Below are positions 1 to 10,264 of a DNA stretch of 64,000 nucleotides, piece after piece. The position numbers and the translations under genes were made by a program. The first letter of the stretch is position 1. Each line of letters opens with the position of its first letter. This DNA comes from an uncultured delta proteobacterium (GTDB lineage Bacteria > Myxococcota_A > Polyangia > Polyangiales > Polyangiaceae), in the NCBI GenBank assembly GCA_963696385.1, contig CAVOKF010000003.1:352001-416000 (forward strand), read 5' to 3'. Under the pieces are notes generated by a model that was not told the origin of the DNA, did no database searches, and saw only the letters and a program-made list of their open reading frames with translations.

Positions 1-128
1 TCGACACCTTCGATCGCAAAGTCTTCATCGGCCGCTCGTCGCTCGGAAGCGTCCGCGCCCCGGAACGGGAAAAGGAGCGCGCGCCCGTCGTGGCAAACGG
101 CACGAACGGAACCGCGCGGGCCGATTAG
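1..128 (+). CDS. 3' end of an unknown CDS running in from the left edge
   Basis: Frame 3 is open from the edge (DTFDRKVFIGRSSLGS...ARAD) to TAG at 126-128, convergent with queG; product not recognisable. Confidence 0.4.
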   Translation, partial: DTFDRKVFIGRSSLGSVRAPEREKERAPVVANGTNGTARAD

Positions 129-187
129 GGCCGGGCCCTCCCCCGCTCCGCGAAGCGAGGCTCCGCGCTCATCGATTCAGGAAAGGG

Positions 188-1405
188 CTAAAGCCGGTCG
201 CCCCAGCGCGGCTCCCGCTCGAGTTGCTTGACGGCCCACGCGGCCGCCTGACGAACGACGTCGCTGTCGTGCCGATCCGCCGCGTCTCGTAGGGCCCCAA
301 GCGCGCTGCGGTCCCGCCTGTTGGCGAGTACGATAGCCGCATTGCGGGCGATCCCGGCGCGCCCGCTTCGCTTGAGCGGCGAACCCTGCACCAGGGCGCG
401 CCACCCCGCCTCGTCGAGCGAGAGCAGATCGGCAAGCCGCACGGTCGACCAGCGATCGAGCGGGGAGAACGGGTCGCCATCGGCTGCGGAATCTCGAGCG
501 CGGGCGGCTTCACCGGCGTTGAACGGGCAACAATTCTGGCAGTCGTCGCAGCCGAACAAGTGTGCGCCGACGCCTTCCGCAAGGTCGGGCGGTATCGCGC
601 TCCGATGCTCAATCGTCAAGTAGGCCACACAACGACGCGGATCCAAGACGAAGGGCGCGGCGAACGCCTTGGTCGGGCACGCATCCAGACACCGTGTGCA
701 GGTCCCGCATCTCTCGGCCATCGGCACGTCAACGGGCAGTTCCAAGGTGGTGACCACCTCGCCGAGCAACACCATCGACCCGAGGCCGGGCACGATGAGC
801 ATTCCATTTTTGCCGATAAACCCGAGTCCCGCCCGCGCCGCCCACGCCCGCTCGAGAACCGGCTCGTCGTCGCACAGCGGGCGCGCTCGGACGGGTTGGT
901 CCGGGGATCCGAACGAACGCAGGAGAGCCGCCAAACGCCGGATCCGCCGCCGCAGAAATCCGTGGTAGTCGCGGCCTCGCGCATAGCGGGCAATGGATCC
1001 GACGATTCCTGCCGGGCCGACGTCGGGCGAGCGCGGATAGCGCCGGGCGACGCACACGACGCTCTTCGCACCGCGAAGCAACCCGTCGGCATCGAGGCGT
1101 TCCCGTAGGTTGCGATTTCGAGCGAGATACCGCATCTCCCCGTGCTTTCCGTCGGCGATGAAGGCGTCGTAGCGCGCGATGTCCCGGTCGAGCGGAACGT
1201 CGGCGCGCGCGATGCCCACAGCGTCGAATCCGAGCGCTCGCGCGGTCAACCGGACACGTTCGGCAGGGTCGGTCGCCCGCACGCCCTGGATCGGCGGGGG
1301 GACCGACGGCTCGGCGGCGGCACGTCCGTGTTCGAAGACCTGCTTTGCCCCTTTCGCACAAGACGTGACTGCTTGATCGGGAAATGAGACGCGTGACACG
1401 GGCAT
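188..1405 (-). CDS. queG: tRNA epoxyqueuosine(34) reductase QueG
   Basis: Motifs YARGRDYH, GLGFIGKN, CGTCTRCLDACPT and GCDDCQNCCPFN (two 4Fe-4S sites); start uncertain (ATG 1405 chosen, ORF open to 1531). Confidence 0.93.
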   Translation of the reverse strand: MPVSRVSFPDQAVTSCAKGAKQVFEHGRAAAEPSVPPPIQGVRATDPAERVRLTARALGFDAVGIARADVPLDRDIARYDAFIADGKHGEMRYLARNRNLRERLDADGLLRGAKSVVCVARRYPRSPDVGPAGIVGSIARYARGRDYHGFLRRRIRRLAALLRSFGSPDQPVRARPLCDDEPVLERAWAARAGLGFIGKNGMLIVPGLGSMVLLGEVVTTLELPVDVPMAERCGTCTRCLDACPTKAFAAPFVLDPRRCVAYLTIEHRSAIPPDLAEGVGAHLFGCDDCQNCCPFNAGEAARARDSAADGDPFSPLDRWSTVRLADLLSLDEAGWRALVQGSPLKRSGRAGIARNAAIVLANRRDRSALGALRDAADRHDSDVVRQAAAWAVKQLEREPRWGDRL

Positions 1406-1493
1406 CCGGCTCCTAGAGTATGGTGCAAGCGGCGGGGACGCGCCGGGCCATCGCGCCGAGCGCGAGTGCCTCGGGGCGAGGAGGCGCACGGAA

Positions 1494-2373
1494 ATGGCAA
1501 CTTTGAACGGCGGTGTGCTGAGCGACAGCACCGCTTCGGAGGCGACGCAAGACGCTCTGTTTGGAGGCAGTGTTGTCCTGTTTCAGCCTCATCGCGGCAG
1601 GGGCTACAGGACCAATGTCGACGCTCTTCTGCTCGCAACGTTCGCTGCCCGCGAAGCCGCAAACTCGACCGAGTCCGGCGATGGGCCGTACGTGAAGCGG
1701 CCCGCTCGCGTCTCTTTCGACTTGGGAGCCGGCGTTGGAGCGGTAGGGCTGGCTCTTCTGCGTCTTGGCGCGACCCAGCGCGTCGTCTTCGTCGAAATCG
1801 ACGAAGCCGCGGCCAAGATGGCCCGGCGGAACCTGGACGCAAACGGCTGGACGGACCGCGGCGAGATTCGTTCGGGCCGACGTGCGCGACGTCGGAAGAG
1901 CGCAACGCGGCGAAGCCAACCTCGTGGTCTGCAATCCCCCGTACGTCGCCCCGGGCCGCGGCCGGTCCGTAGGGTCCGAGGCGGAGGCGCGTGCACGCGT
2001 CGGCGATTTGGGCCCGTTCGTCGTCGCGGCACGCCAGATCGCGGGCCGCGGCGCACGGGTATGCTTCGTTTATCCCGCCCGGGAGTTGGCTTCGCTGTTG
2101 GCTCGCCTTGGGGCCGAAGGCCTTCACGCCAAGCGCATGCGCTTCGTGCACTCCGCGCCCGGCGCGGCTGCGAGAGTCGCTCTCGTCGAAGCCCAGGCCG
2201 GGCATGCCGGCGGATTGATCGTTGTCCCCCCTCTCGTGGAGCGCCAAGGCGGGGCCTACACTCCCGAGATGGAGGCGCTTTTGTCTCAACGCGCCGCCAC
2301 CCGCGACCCCGCTCCAATTCGCCCGAACAATCGGTCGAGCACGATGGCGCAGGCCGCCCGCACGCTCAGGTGA
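1494..2373 (+). CDS. tRNA1(Val) A37 N6-methyltransferase-like SAM methyltransferase (TrmN6/YfiC family), one apparent +1 frameshift at 1865-1869
   Basis: N-half has QPxxGYRxNVDALLL and DLGAGVG; C-half in another frame has CNPPY. Removing one T from GATTC joins them into 292 aa. Confidence 0.8.
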
Positions 2374-2870
2374 TTGTACCGGGTGTCCTCGGCGACGATC
2401 GGCTCGAGCAATCCGTCGGCCGCTGAGATTGCGCTCGGCGCCAGACCCCAGCCGGTTCCGAATAGGATGAGCACTTGGGTGCCCTCGCCCGCCAGACGCG
2501 CGCGCGCCTCTTCGAACGTCAGCGTCGAACCCAGAGGGCGCGCCGCCGTTGCCCAAACTTCGACGCGGCTTCTTCCGCCTAGCTGCTCGAACGCCACGTC
2601 CAACGACTCGACGATTCGCAGAATGCCCAGTGCCTCTCGGCGATCCGGAATTCGACGGCCGCCGGACCCCTCGGTCCAGTGATCGCGGATTCGCTTGACC
2701 AACTCGCGTTGCGCCGCGATGGGATGCACGACGAAGTAGTCGGTGCACCCGAACGTTCGCGCGCTGCGGGCCAGGTCGTGTACGTCCAGGTTCGTCACGG
2801 CCGTCGTGACGATTGCGCCCGATCCATCGAGCACGGGATGGTGCACGAGTGCGACCGCGCAGCGCCTCAT
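2286..2870 (-). CDS. SPOUT-class RNA methyltransferase (trmD-associated family)
   Basis: ALVHHPV...TTAVTNLDVHDLARSARTFG, LFGTGWGL, YNHLSVRAA; ATG overlaps the trmD stop (ATGA). Confidence 0.85.
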   Translation of the reverse strand: MRRCAVALVHHPVLDGSGAIVTTAVTNLDVHDLARSARTFGCTDYFVVHPIAAQRELVKRIRDHWTEGSGGRRIPDRREALGILRIVESLDVAFEQLGGRSRVEVWATAARPLGSTLTFEEARARLAGEGTQVLILFGTGWGLAPSAISAADGLLEPIVAEDTRYNHLSVRAACAIVLDRLFGRIGAGSRVAAR

Positions 2871-3595
2871 GGCTCTTGCCGATTCCGGCAGAAGCGCTCC
2901 CAAAGATCCGGCCGACACTCGCGGGTCCTCGCGATCGCTTGCTGCCGCCGCCACTGTTCAATGTCCGCATGATGACCGCCTTGCAGCACGTCCGGCACGC
3001 GCACCCCCCGGAACTCGACCGGACGCGTGTACTGCGGGTACTCAAGCAAGCCACCGGTCTCGGGATTGTGCGACTCGTCGACCGTGGACGCTTGGTTGCC
3101 GAGAACCCCCGGCAAAAGTCGCGCACAGGCGTCGATGATGGCCATCGCAGCGACCTCGCCTCCGGTCATCACGAAGTCGCCCAGCGAAAGTTGCTCGTCG
3201 GTGAACGCCGAAATCCGATCGTCGAACCCTTCGTAACGCCCGCACACCAGCATGACCGCCGGCCGCGATGCGAGTTCGCGCACCCGCCGTTGGTCGAGGA
3301 CGCGTCCCTGGGGCGTCAGCAAGACGCGATGTGCGCGCGGCTCTCGCGACGCCTCGGCGTCGAGCGACTCCATCGTCGCCACGATCACGTCGACGCGCAT
3401 GATCATCCCACTGCCGCCGCCGTAAGGGGTATCGTCGACGCTCCGATGTTTGCCCAAACCGAAGTCGCGCGGGCTGCGAAAGCGAAACGCGAGCTGTCCA
3501 CCTTCGACAGCGCGTCCGATGAAGCTCGCGCCCAGGTATCCGGCGAAGATATCCGGAAAAAGCGTAACAACGTCGAAGCGCAGCGTGGCGCTCAC
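2867..3595 (-). CDS. trmD: tRNA (guanine-37-N1)-methyltransferase
   Basis: VDDTPYGGGSGM, CGRYEGFDDR, SLGDFVMTGGE, LLEYPQYTRP; operon context. Confidence 0.97.
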   Translation of the reverse strand: MSATLRFDVVTLFPDIFAGYLGASFIGRAVEGGQLAFRFRSPRDFGLGKHRSVDDTPYGGGSGMIMRVDVIVATMESLDAEASREPRAHRVLLTPQGRVLDQRRVRELASRPAVMLVCGRYEGFDDRISAFTDEQLSLGDFVMTGGEVAAMAIIDACARLLPGVLGNQASTVDESHNPETGGLLEYPQYTRPVEFRGVRVPDVLQGGHHADIEQWRRQQAIARTRECRPDLWERFCRNRQEP

Positions 3596-4128
3596 CGCCG
3601 GAATACCCCCTCGAGGGTGGCCAACACGACCCGCGCGTTCTCGACATCAACGTTCCGGATCACCGAATCGACCAGAGGCACCTCATACGGATCGCCCCCG
3701 TCCCCGGCGTCGACCAGAAGCGCGTCGGCGGTCGGATAGGTGACGACCGCGCGAACTCGACCCAATTCGCTGGCCACCCCCGCTTCTTCGAAGACGACTC
3801 GCGCCCCCTCCAGATCGCAAGCGTAGAACTCGCCCGGATCGAGGGGTGGAAACTCCTCTCGCTTCGCACACACGACCGCGCCTCGCAGCGCTTCCGCGCC
3901 GTTGCGATCGTCGACCGAATAGAGTTTGAGCAGAATCGCATCGTTGGCGCGTCGCGCCCCATCCACGCTGACTTCCTGCTCCTGGCCATCGGGGAAGCGC
4001 AGCAGCACTTCATCGAGTCCGAGCAACAAGTCGCTGTCTGCATTGAACAAGCGCAAGCGCAACTCACCCCGAACACCGTGAGGGCGGGCGACGGCGGCCA
4101 ATGGAACCCATGCGGCGGGCTCGAGCAC
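3592..4128 (-). CDS. rimM: 16S rRNA processing protein RimM
   Basis: RPHGVRGEL, DRNGAEALRG, GEFYACDLEG; lies between khpA and trmD. Confidence 0.93.
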   Translation of the reverse strand: MLEPAAWVPLAAVARPHGVRGELRLRLFNADSDLLLGLDEVLLRFPDGQEQEVSVDGARRANDAILLKLYSVDDRNGAEALRGAVVCAKREEFPPLDPGEFYACDLEGARVVFEEAGVASELGRVRAVVTYPTADALLVDAGDGGDPYEVPLVDSVIRNVDVENARVVLATLEGVFRR

Positions 4129-4175
4129 GTTTCGCTGCCTCCAGCCGGTACCGGCGCGCCGACGACCCGACCCGA

Positions 4176-4439
4176 TCAGTCCACGATGTCGAGGTGGGCG
4201 CGGCGGCCAAGCTTGGACGAGACGGCCGTCAGCAGCGTCCGCATCGACTGAGCCGTGCGACCTTCCTTGCCGATGACCTTGCCGACGTCATCCTTCGCCA
4301 CGCGCAACTCGATGACGATGTTGTGGTCGTCCCTGATCTCGGTCACGTCGACCTCATCCGGATGATCCACGAGTTCTGTAGCGATGACGCGGATGAGCTC
4401 CTGAAGCGGCGGTCGATCCGCGTCGATCTCGGAGCTCAC
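4176..4439 (-). CDS. khpA: KH-domain RNA-binding protein KhpA
   Basis: LVDHPDEV, DVGKVIGKEGRTA; GTG overlaps the rpsP stop. Confidence 0.92.
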   Translation of the reverse strand: MSSEIDADRPPLQELIRVIATELVDHPDEVDVTEIRDDHNIVIELRVAKDDVGKVIGKEGRTAQSMRTLLTAVSSKLGRRAHLDIVD

Positions 4440-4699
4440 GTTGCCTCCGGCACCGCGGCAGCTCGATCACGCCGTTTGAGCAGGCGATCGAGCGTGGCGG
4501 ACGGAAGGGCTCCGCGCGTGCGCCAATACGTGAGCCGCTCGTCGTCGATGACGAAGCGGCCCGAATCGTGGACCGGATCGAAGGTGCCAATATTCTCGAG
4601 GAAGCGCCCGCCGCGGGGACTCCTGTGATCGGTCACTACGATGCGGTAAAAGGGCCGCTTTTTGGACCCTGTTCGGGAAAGACGAATGTGAACGGCCAT
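4436..4699 (-). CDS. rpsP: 30S ribosomal protein S16
   Basis: MAVHIRLSRTGSKKRPFYRIVVTDHRSPRGGRFLENIGTFDP. Confidence 0.98.
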   Translation of the reverse strand: MAVHIRLSRTGSKKRPFYRIVVTDHRSPRGGRFLENIGTFDPVHDSGRFVIDDERLTYWRTRGALPSATLDRLLKRRDRAAAVPEAT

Positions 4700-4796
4700 C
4701 GGGTCTGTACTTTCGCTCCGGGGCGCGCAAGGTACGGGCCAGGGGCCCGGCCGTCAAGAAGCGAGGCTCGCCGGGGTCACCGCCTCCGGCCGCGGG

Positions 4797-5249
4797 TCAG
4801 CCATTGACGCTCATGAGCCGGCCGAGCTTGAGCACGAGCGGCAGGTGGAACACGGCGCCGTAGACGTGAAGCCTGCCGTGGCGAAGCGCGCTGACCACGG
4901 CGCGCAACGCACTTACGGACTCCTGGTCTCGCGGATGGGGGATGGGCAGGCCGAGAGGCGTTGTCATGGGCATATTCGAAAGGGCGATGATCACGTCCGA
5001 GGGTCCCCGGACCGTGACATCGGGAATTCCGACGATCCCGTCGTGAATGGTCAACTTCGCTCCCTTTTCGAATCGCAGGGTGAGCGCGACGTCCACGTCT
5101 TCGGCAACAATCGCCACCGTGCCGTCGAGACCCGAAAAGTCGGCCTGTTTGTGCGGCTTGGCCTGCATGTTTTGGCGGATGAGCCCGGCCAGCATGTACG
5201 CCAGACCGTTGTCGTCGGCGCCCGGGGCCAGTTCAACGTCCGGAATCAT
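4797..5249 (-). CDS. Hypothetical protein, probable SCP2 (sterol-carrier-like) fold
   Basis: 150-aa ORF with VALTLRF...TIHDG...PDVTVRG...HGRLHVYG pattern reminiscent of SCP2. Confidence 0.55.
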   Translation of the reverse strand: MIPDVELAPGADDNGLAYMLAGLIRQNMQAKPHKQADFSGLDGTVAIVAEDVDVALTLRFEKGAKLTIHDGIVGIPDVTVRGPSDVIIALSNMPMTTPLGLPIPHPRDQESVSALRAVVSALRHGRLHVYGAVFHLPLVLKLGRLMSVNG

Positions 5250-5342
5250 GGGAAATATCGCCGTCGTTTCTATGTCGTTGCGACGTCTGGGTCGCGCGGC
5301 GTCTGCCGGAACGGTGTCCCCGATGCGGCGGCCATTCGCGGG

Positions 5343-6746
5343 TCATTGAGCGGTCTCGACCCCATTTTGCGCGATCACCTCCCGATACCAAAGTGCGGAA
5401 TCCTTCGGGATCCGTTCCTGCGTCGCGTAATCGATCCAGGTGAGACCAAAGCGCTGGGTGTAACCGTGGTCCCACTCGTAATTGTCCATGAGCGACCATG
5501 CAAAGTACCCCTCGAGCGGGACACCTTCGCCCATCGCCCGACGGGCCGCGAGCAGGTGGTCTCGCATGAACGCAATCCGGCGCGTATCGGCCACCCGCTT
5601 CGAAGCATCGGGCGCGTCCGGATAGCTGGCCCCATTTTCGGTCACATAAATCTTGGCCGGCCGATAGTCGAGATGCACTCGCATCAGCACATCGAACATT
5701 CCCTGCGGATAGACCTCCCACCCGATCGCCGTCCATTCGGACGCGGGCGCGACAAAGACGGTACGCGGGCGGTTTTTGTGCTCCGGAACCCGATCGCTCC
5801 GCGTGACCGCTCGATTGTAGTAGTTCACGCCGATGAAATCGGTCGCGACCGCGATGTCCCCGAGATCGCCGGACCGCACGAAGGGCATTCCCGCCTCGGC
5901 CAGGTATCCAGCCCGTACGTAATCGAGCACCATATCCGGCGGGTAGAAGCCTCGATACAGCGGGTCGAGAAACCACCGATTCATGAAGCCGTCGTAGTGG
6001 CGGGCCGCATCCGCATCGTCGGGACTCGGCGACGCGGGAACGGCCGGCGACAGGTTGACCGTGATGCCGACTTCGGAGCCCGGGCTATTGCGGCGAATGA
6101 CGGGCACCGCCCACCCGTGCGACAGCAATAAGTGGTGACTGCTCGCGATAGCGGCCGACCAGTCTCGCAGGCCCGGTGCGTGCACGCCCTTCGCGTACGA
6201 CACGAAGCTCGCACACCACGGTTCGTTGTGCGTAATCCAATGTTTGACGCGATCCCCGAGACGCCGGCTCACCGCCTCGGCATACTCGACGAACGCGTGC
6301 GCCGTATCGCGGTTCACCCAGCCGCCAACGTCCTGAAGCGCCTGCGGGAGGTCCCAATGGTACAGCGTCACGTACGGTGCAATGCCCCGCTCGAGAAGTG
6401 CGTCGACCAATCGCGAGTAAAAGTCCAACCCTCGATCGTTGACCGGCGACCGTCCGGTCGGGTGGACTCGCGGCCAAGCCACGGAGAAGCGGTACGCGGC
6501 GAGCTTAAGGCTACTCATGAGCGCGATGTCCTCCCGCCATCGGTGGTAGTGATCGCAGGCGATGTCGCCGCTGGATCCGTCTTTGATGTTGGCGACGGTC
6601 TTGGCATAGCGATCCCAGATCGATTCGCCGCGCCCGTCTTCGTTCGTGGCGCCTTCGATCTGGTACGACGAAGTCGCGGCACCCCATACGAACCCTGGAG
6701 GAAAGCTGACGCGAGTCACCATGTCGATCCATTCTCCTCGGCTCAC
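5343..6746 (-). CDS. GH1 beta-glucosidase
   Basis: [27 protein letters not shown] (acid/base), YVTENG (nucleophile), WSLMDNYEW; start may be ATG 6723. Confidence 0.95.
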   Translation of the reverse strand: MSRGEWIDMVTRVSFPPGFVWGAATSSYQIEGATNEDGRGESIWDRYAKTVANIKDGSSGDIACDHYHRWREDIALMSSLKLAAYRFSVAWPRVHPTGRSPVNDRGLDFYSRLVDALLERGIAPYVTLYHWDLPQALQDVGGWVNRDTAHAFVEYAEAVSRRLGDRVKHWITHNEPWCASFVSYAKGVHAPGLRDWSAAIASSHHLLLSHGWAVPVIRRNSPGSEVGITVNLSPAVPASPSPDDADAARHYDGFMNRWFLDPLYRGFYPPDMVLDYVRAGYLAEAGMPFVRSGDLGDIAVATDFIGVNYYNRAVTRSDRVPEHKNRPRTVFVAPASEWTAIGWEVYPQGMFDVLMRVHLDYRPAKIYVTENGASYPDAPDASKRVADTRRIAFMRDHLLAARRAMGEGVPLEGYFAWSLMDNYEWDHGYTQRFGLTWIDYATQERIPKDSALWYREVIAQNGVETAQ

Positions 6747-6889
6747 GCACTCGGCGCGCAGCGGCCGAGCCTACTCGCGCCCCGCCCTCTACGTCCAGAG
6801 CACGCGTCCCGCCAATAGCCAGTTGTCGACGCGCCTCGCGGGTTCGGTGTACCCTGGGAGCCTTACCTGGTCGTGTTGGAGGCTATCGC

Positions 6890-9319
6890 ATGCAGTTCGG
6901 CCACTTCGATGATGCTCGCCGCGAATACGTGATCACCACGCCGCAGACGCCCTATCCCTGGATCAATTATCTCGGGAGCGAGAATTTTTTCGGACTCATT
7001 TCCCACCAGGCGGGAGGCTATTGCTTCTATCGCGACGCTCGACTGCGCCGGCTCACGCGATATCGCTACAACAACGCGCCCACGGACGTCGGAGGGCGCT
7101 ATTTCTACGTTTACGACGGCGGCGACTTCTGGTCGCCGTCGTACATGCCGGTGAAACGCGAACTGGACTTTTTCGAGTGCCGTCATGGACTCGGATACAC
7201 GGCGATTTCCGGCGAGCGGAACGGCATCCGCGTGCAAGAGACCTTTTTCGTTCCGTCGGGCCACACCGCCGAGGTGCATCGCGTCACGGTGACCAACACC
7301 GGATCGTCGCGCAAGAGCGTCAAGCTCTTTTCGTACCTCGAATTTTGCATGTGGAATGCATACGATGACATGACCAACTATCAGCGCAATTTTAGCACCG
7401 GAGAGGTCGAAGTCGTCGATAGCACCATCTATCACAAGACCGAATATCGCGAACGGCGCAACCACTTCGCCTTTTACCACGTGAACGCGCCCGTGGTCGG
7501 TTTCGATACGGATCGCGAAGCGTTTCTCGGCCTGTACAACGGCATGCACGAACCCCGGGTCATCGCCCGCGGGCAGTCCGCGAATTCGATCGCGAGCGGG
7601 TGGGCGCCCGTCGCATCGCATTGCATCGACATCGCATTGCCCCCAGGCGGGTCGGAGACGTTCGTATTTCTCCTCGGCTACGTCGAAAACCCCGTCGCGG
7701 AAAAGTGGGAACGCCCGGGCATCATCAACAAGGACCGCGCACGATCGCTCATCCAGCAGTTTTCGACGCCTGCGCAAGTCGACGCCGCGCTGAGCCAGAT
7801 CGGCGATCATTGGACAGGCCTGTTGTCGAACTTTCAGGTCGACTCGCCGGACGCGCGACTCAATCGGATGGCGAATATATGGAATCCATATCAGTGTATG
7901 GTGACGTTCAACATGTCGCGGTCGGCATCGTATTTCGAAACCGGAATCGGACGCGGTATGGGATTTCGTGACTCCAATCAGGATCTTCTCGGCTTTGTTC
8001 ACCTCGTGCCGGCGCGGGCGAGAGAGCGCATCATCGATATCGCCTCGACGCAGTTCGCCGACGGCAGCGCGTACCATCAGTATCAGCCGCTCACGAAGCG
8101 TGGCAACAACGACGTCGGGAGCGGTTTCAACGACGACCCGCTCTGGCTCATCTTCGGCGTCGCCGCGTACATCAAAGAGACCGGCGACTTCGACATCTTG
8201 AAGGAAGTAGTCCCTTTCGACAACGATCCGAAGAGCGCCGCCCCGTTGTTCGAGCATCTCAGGCGGGCCTTTCGTCACGTCCTCGACAACCTCGGCCCAC
8301 ACGGCCTGCCGCTCATCGGGCGCGCCGACTGGAACGACTGCCTCAATCTCAACTGCTTCTCCGAGACACCCGACGAGTCGTTCCAGACGACCGGCAACCG
8401 CACGGGACGCACGGCGGAATCGGTCTTCATCGCGGGGATGTTCGTCGGAGTTGCGCCCGACTACGCGTATCTCGCCGAAACCGTCGGTCAACTCGCCGAA
8501 GCCAAGATGGCTCGCACCGAAGCGACGAAGATGGAGGAGGCGGTCCTAACGCACGGCTGGGACGGCGCGTGGTTTCTGCGCGCCTACGATTTCTTCGGCA
8601 ATAAGGTTGGTAGTCACGAGTGTCCGGAAGGAAAAATTTTCATCGAGCCTCAAGGGTTTTGCGTCATGGCCGGGATCGGTCGGACCACCGGGCATGCCAA
8701 GAAAGCTCTCGACTCGACGAAGGAACTGCTCGACACCCGATACGGCATCGTCTTGAATCATCCGGCTTACACGCGATATCACGTAGAACTCGGGGAGATA
8801 TCGTCGTACCCTCCCGGGTACAAGGAAAATGCGGGCATTTTCTGTCACAACAATCCGTGGATCGTCATCGCCGAGACGGTCATCGGGCGCGGCGACCGCG
8901 CTTTCGAATATTGGAAAAAAATTGCGCCGGCGTATCTCGAGGACATCAGCGAGATTCATCGCCTCGAGCCATACGTTTACGCGCAGATGATTGCCGGCAA
9001 AGACGCGCCACGACACGGCGAGGCCAAAAACTCTTGGTCGACCGGGACGGCCGCGTGGAATTTCGTTGCGCTCTCGCAGCACTTGCTCGGAGTCCGGCCC
9101 GATTTCGAAGGGCTGCGGGTCTCCCCCGTCATCTCGAAAGAACTCGCGACGTTCACCGTCACGCGCAAGTGCCGCGGCGCCGAGTACGTCGTCAGGGTGA
9201 CGAACGCGAAAGGGGGCACTCAACCGCCGAAGCTGACCGTCAACGGCAAGGCGATCGAGGGCAATCAGGTCCCGTACGCTCCTCGCGGAGCCCGCGTCGT
9301 CATCGACTGCGAAGTGTAG
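6890..9319 (+). CDS. GH94 phosphorylase, probably cellobiose phosphorylase
   Basis: [61 protein letters not shown]; 809 aa; GGAGG SD upstream. Confidence 0.92.
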   Translation: MQFGHFDDARREYVITTPQTPYPWINYLGSENFFGLISHQAGGYCFYRDARLRRLTRYRYNNAPTDVGGRYFYVYDGGDFWSPSYMPVKRELDFFECRHGLGYTAISGERNGIRVQETFFVPSGHTAEVHRVTVTNTGSSRKSVKLFSYLEFCMWNAYDDMTNYQRNFSTGEVEVVDSTIYHKTEYRERRNHFAFYHVNAPVVGFDTDREAFLGLYNGMHEPRVIARGQSANSIASGWAPVASHCIDIALPPGGSETFVFLLGYVENPVAEKWERPGIINKDRARSLIQQFSTPAQVDAALSQIGDHWTGLLSNFQVDSPDARLNRMANIWNPYQCMVTFNMSRSASYFETGIGRGMGFRDSNQDLLGFVHLVPARARERIIDIASTQFADGSAYHQYQPLTKRGNNDVGSGFNDDPLWLIFGVAAYIKETGDFDILKEVVPFDNDPKSAAPLFEHLRRAFRHVLDNLGPHGLPLIGRADWNDCLNLNCFSETPDESFQTTGNRTGRTAESVFIAGMFVGVAPDYAYLAETVGQLAEAKMARTEATKMEEAVLTHGWDGAWFLRAYDFFGNKVGSHECPEGKIFIEPQGFCVMAGIGRTTGHAKKALDSTKELLDTRYGIVLNHPAYTRYHVELGEISSYPPGYKENAGIFCHNNPWIVIAETVIGRGDRAFEYWKKIAPAYLEDISEIHRLEPYVYAQMIAGKDAPRHGEAKNSWSTGTAAWNFVALSQHLLGVRPDFEGLRVSPVISKELATFTVTRKCRGAEYVVRVTNAKGGTQPPKLTVNGKAIEGNQVPYAPRGARVVIDCEV

Positions 9320-9328
9320 GCCGCGTCG

Positions 9329-10264
9329 ATGACCGGTCATGGCATGCTCACGCTCGAGCTCGGCGACGTCCGCTTCGTTGTGGATTCCCACTCGGGCGGA
9401 CGAATCACCTCCTTCCGGCTCGGCGGCACAGAAGCGCTGACGGGGCCCGAACTCGATCCGAACAACTACGGGTCGACGCTGTGGACCAGCCCGCAGAGCG
9501 ATTGGGGCTGGCCGCCCCCCGCGGAATTCGACGAACTGCCGTTCGTGATCACGCCGGATCCGGAGGGCGCGATCGCGATGACGGGGCCGGCTAGCGGAGC
9601 TTTGGGTGTGCGCCTCGCCAAGCGATTCTGGGTGGACCATGCGCTCGGCGCGATTGTGCTCGAGTACGCGATTCAAAACGTCACTGCGACGCCGAAGCGC
9701 TACGCGCTCTGGGAGGTTTCGCGTGTTCCAGCCCGCGCTCTGTCTTTCTACGCAACTGGGACATCGCTGGCAGGTCCGCTCCGGCTCGAGCAACGCGCCG
9801 GCGGCACCTGGTACGCCCACGATCCGCGCGTGCTCTCGGAGGTCGGGCAGAAAGCGTACGGAGACGCCGGGCTGGGTTTCTTGGCCCACGTTTTGCCCGG
9901 TCGCGTGTTGTTCGTGAAGGCATTTGTCAATCCGCCGCCCGATCTGCACGCGCCCGGCGAAGGAGCGGTCGAGATCTACGGCAACGATCGCTATGTCGAA
10001 CTCGAAGTGCAGGGACCGTACGGCGCAATCGATCCGGGAGCCTGGTCACAGCCATGGGCGGTTCGCTGGTACCTGCGGCCCATCCCGGCGCAGGTGGACC
10101 CGACACTGGGCAACGCGGAGTTGCTGGCCTTCGCCGCCGGCGTCGCGGACGGAACGGCCTGTGGCCGTGGATCGGGGCCTTTGGGGTCCCCCCCTTCGAC
10201 ACGGCCTCGACGCCTGCCGGCTGAGCGCGAGCGCCGGCGAGCGAGCAGGGGCGTTACGGCTTGA
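9329..10264 (+). CDS. DUF4380-like / galactose-mutarotase-fold protein
   Basis: GGRITSF, NYGSTLWTSPQSDWGWPPP, YVELEVQGPY; 9 bp downstream of GH94. Confidence 0.65.
   Translation: MTGHGMLTLELGDVRFVVDSHSGGRITSFRLGGTEALTGPELDPNNYGSTLWTSPQSDWGWPPPAEFDELPFVITPDPEGAIAMTGPASGALGVRLAKRFWVDHALGAIVLEYAIQNVTATPKRYALWEVSRVPARALSFYATGTSLAGPLRLEQRAGGTWYAHDPRVLSEVGQKAYGDAGLGFLAHVLPGRVLFVKAFVNPPPDLHAPGEGAVEIYGNDRYVELEVQGPYGAIDPGAWSQPWAVRWYLRPIPAQVDPTLGNAELLAFAAGVADGTACGRGSGPLGSPPSTRPRRLPAERERRRASRGVTA

Noticed and set aside
6854..6870. CelR/CebR-like operator (TGGGAGC...) upstream of GH94
   Set aside because: Only one half-site matches TGGGAGCGCTCCCA; not palindromic
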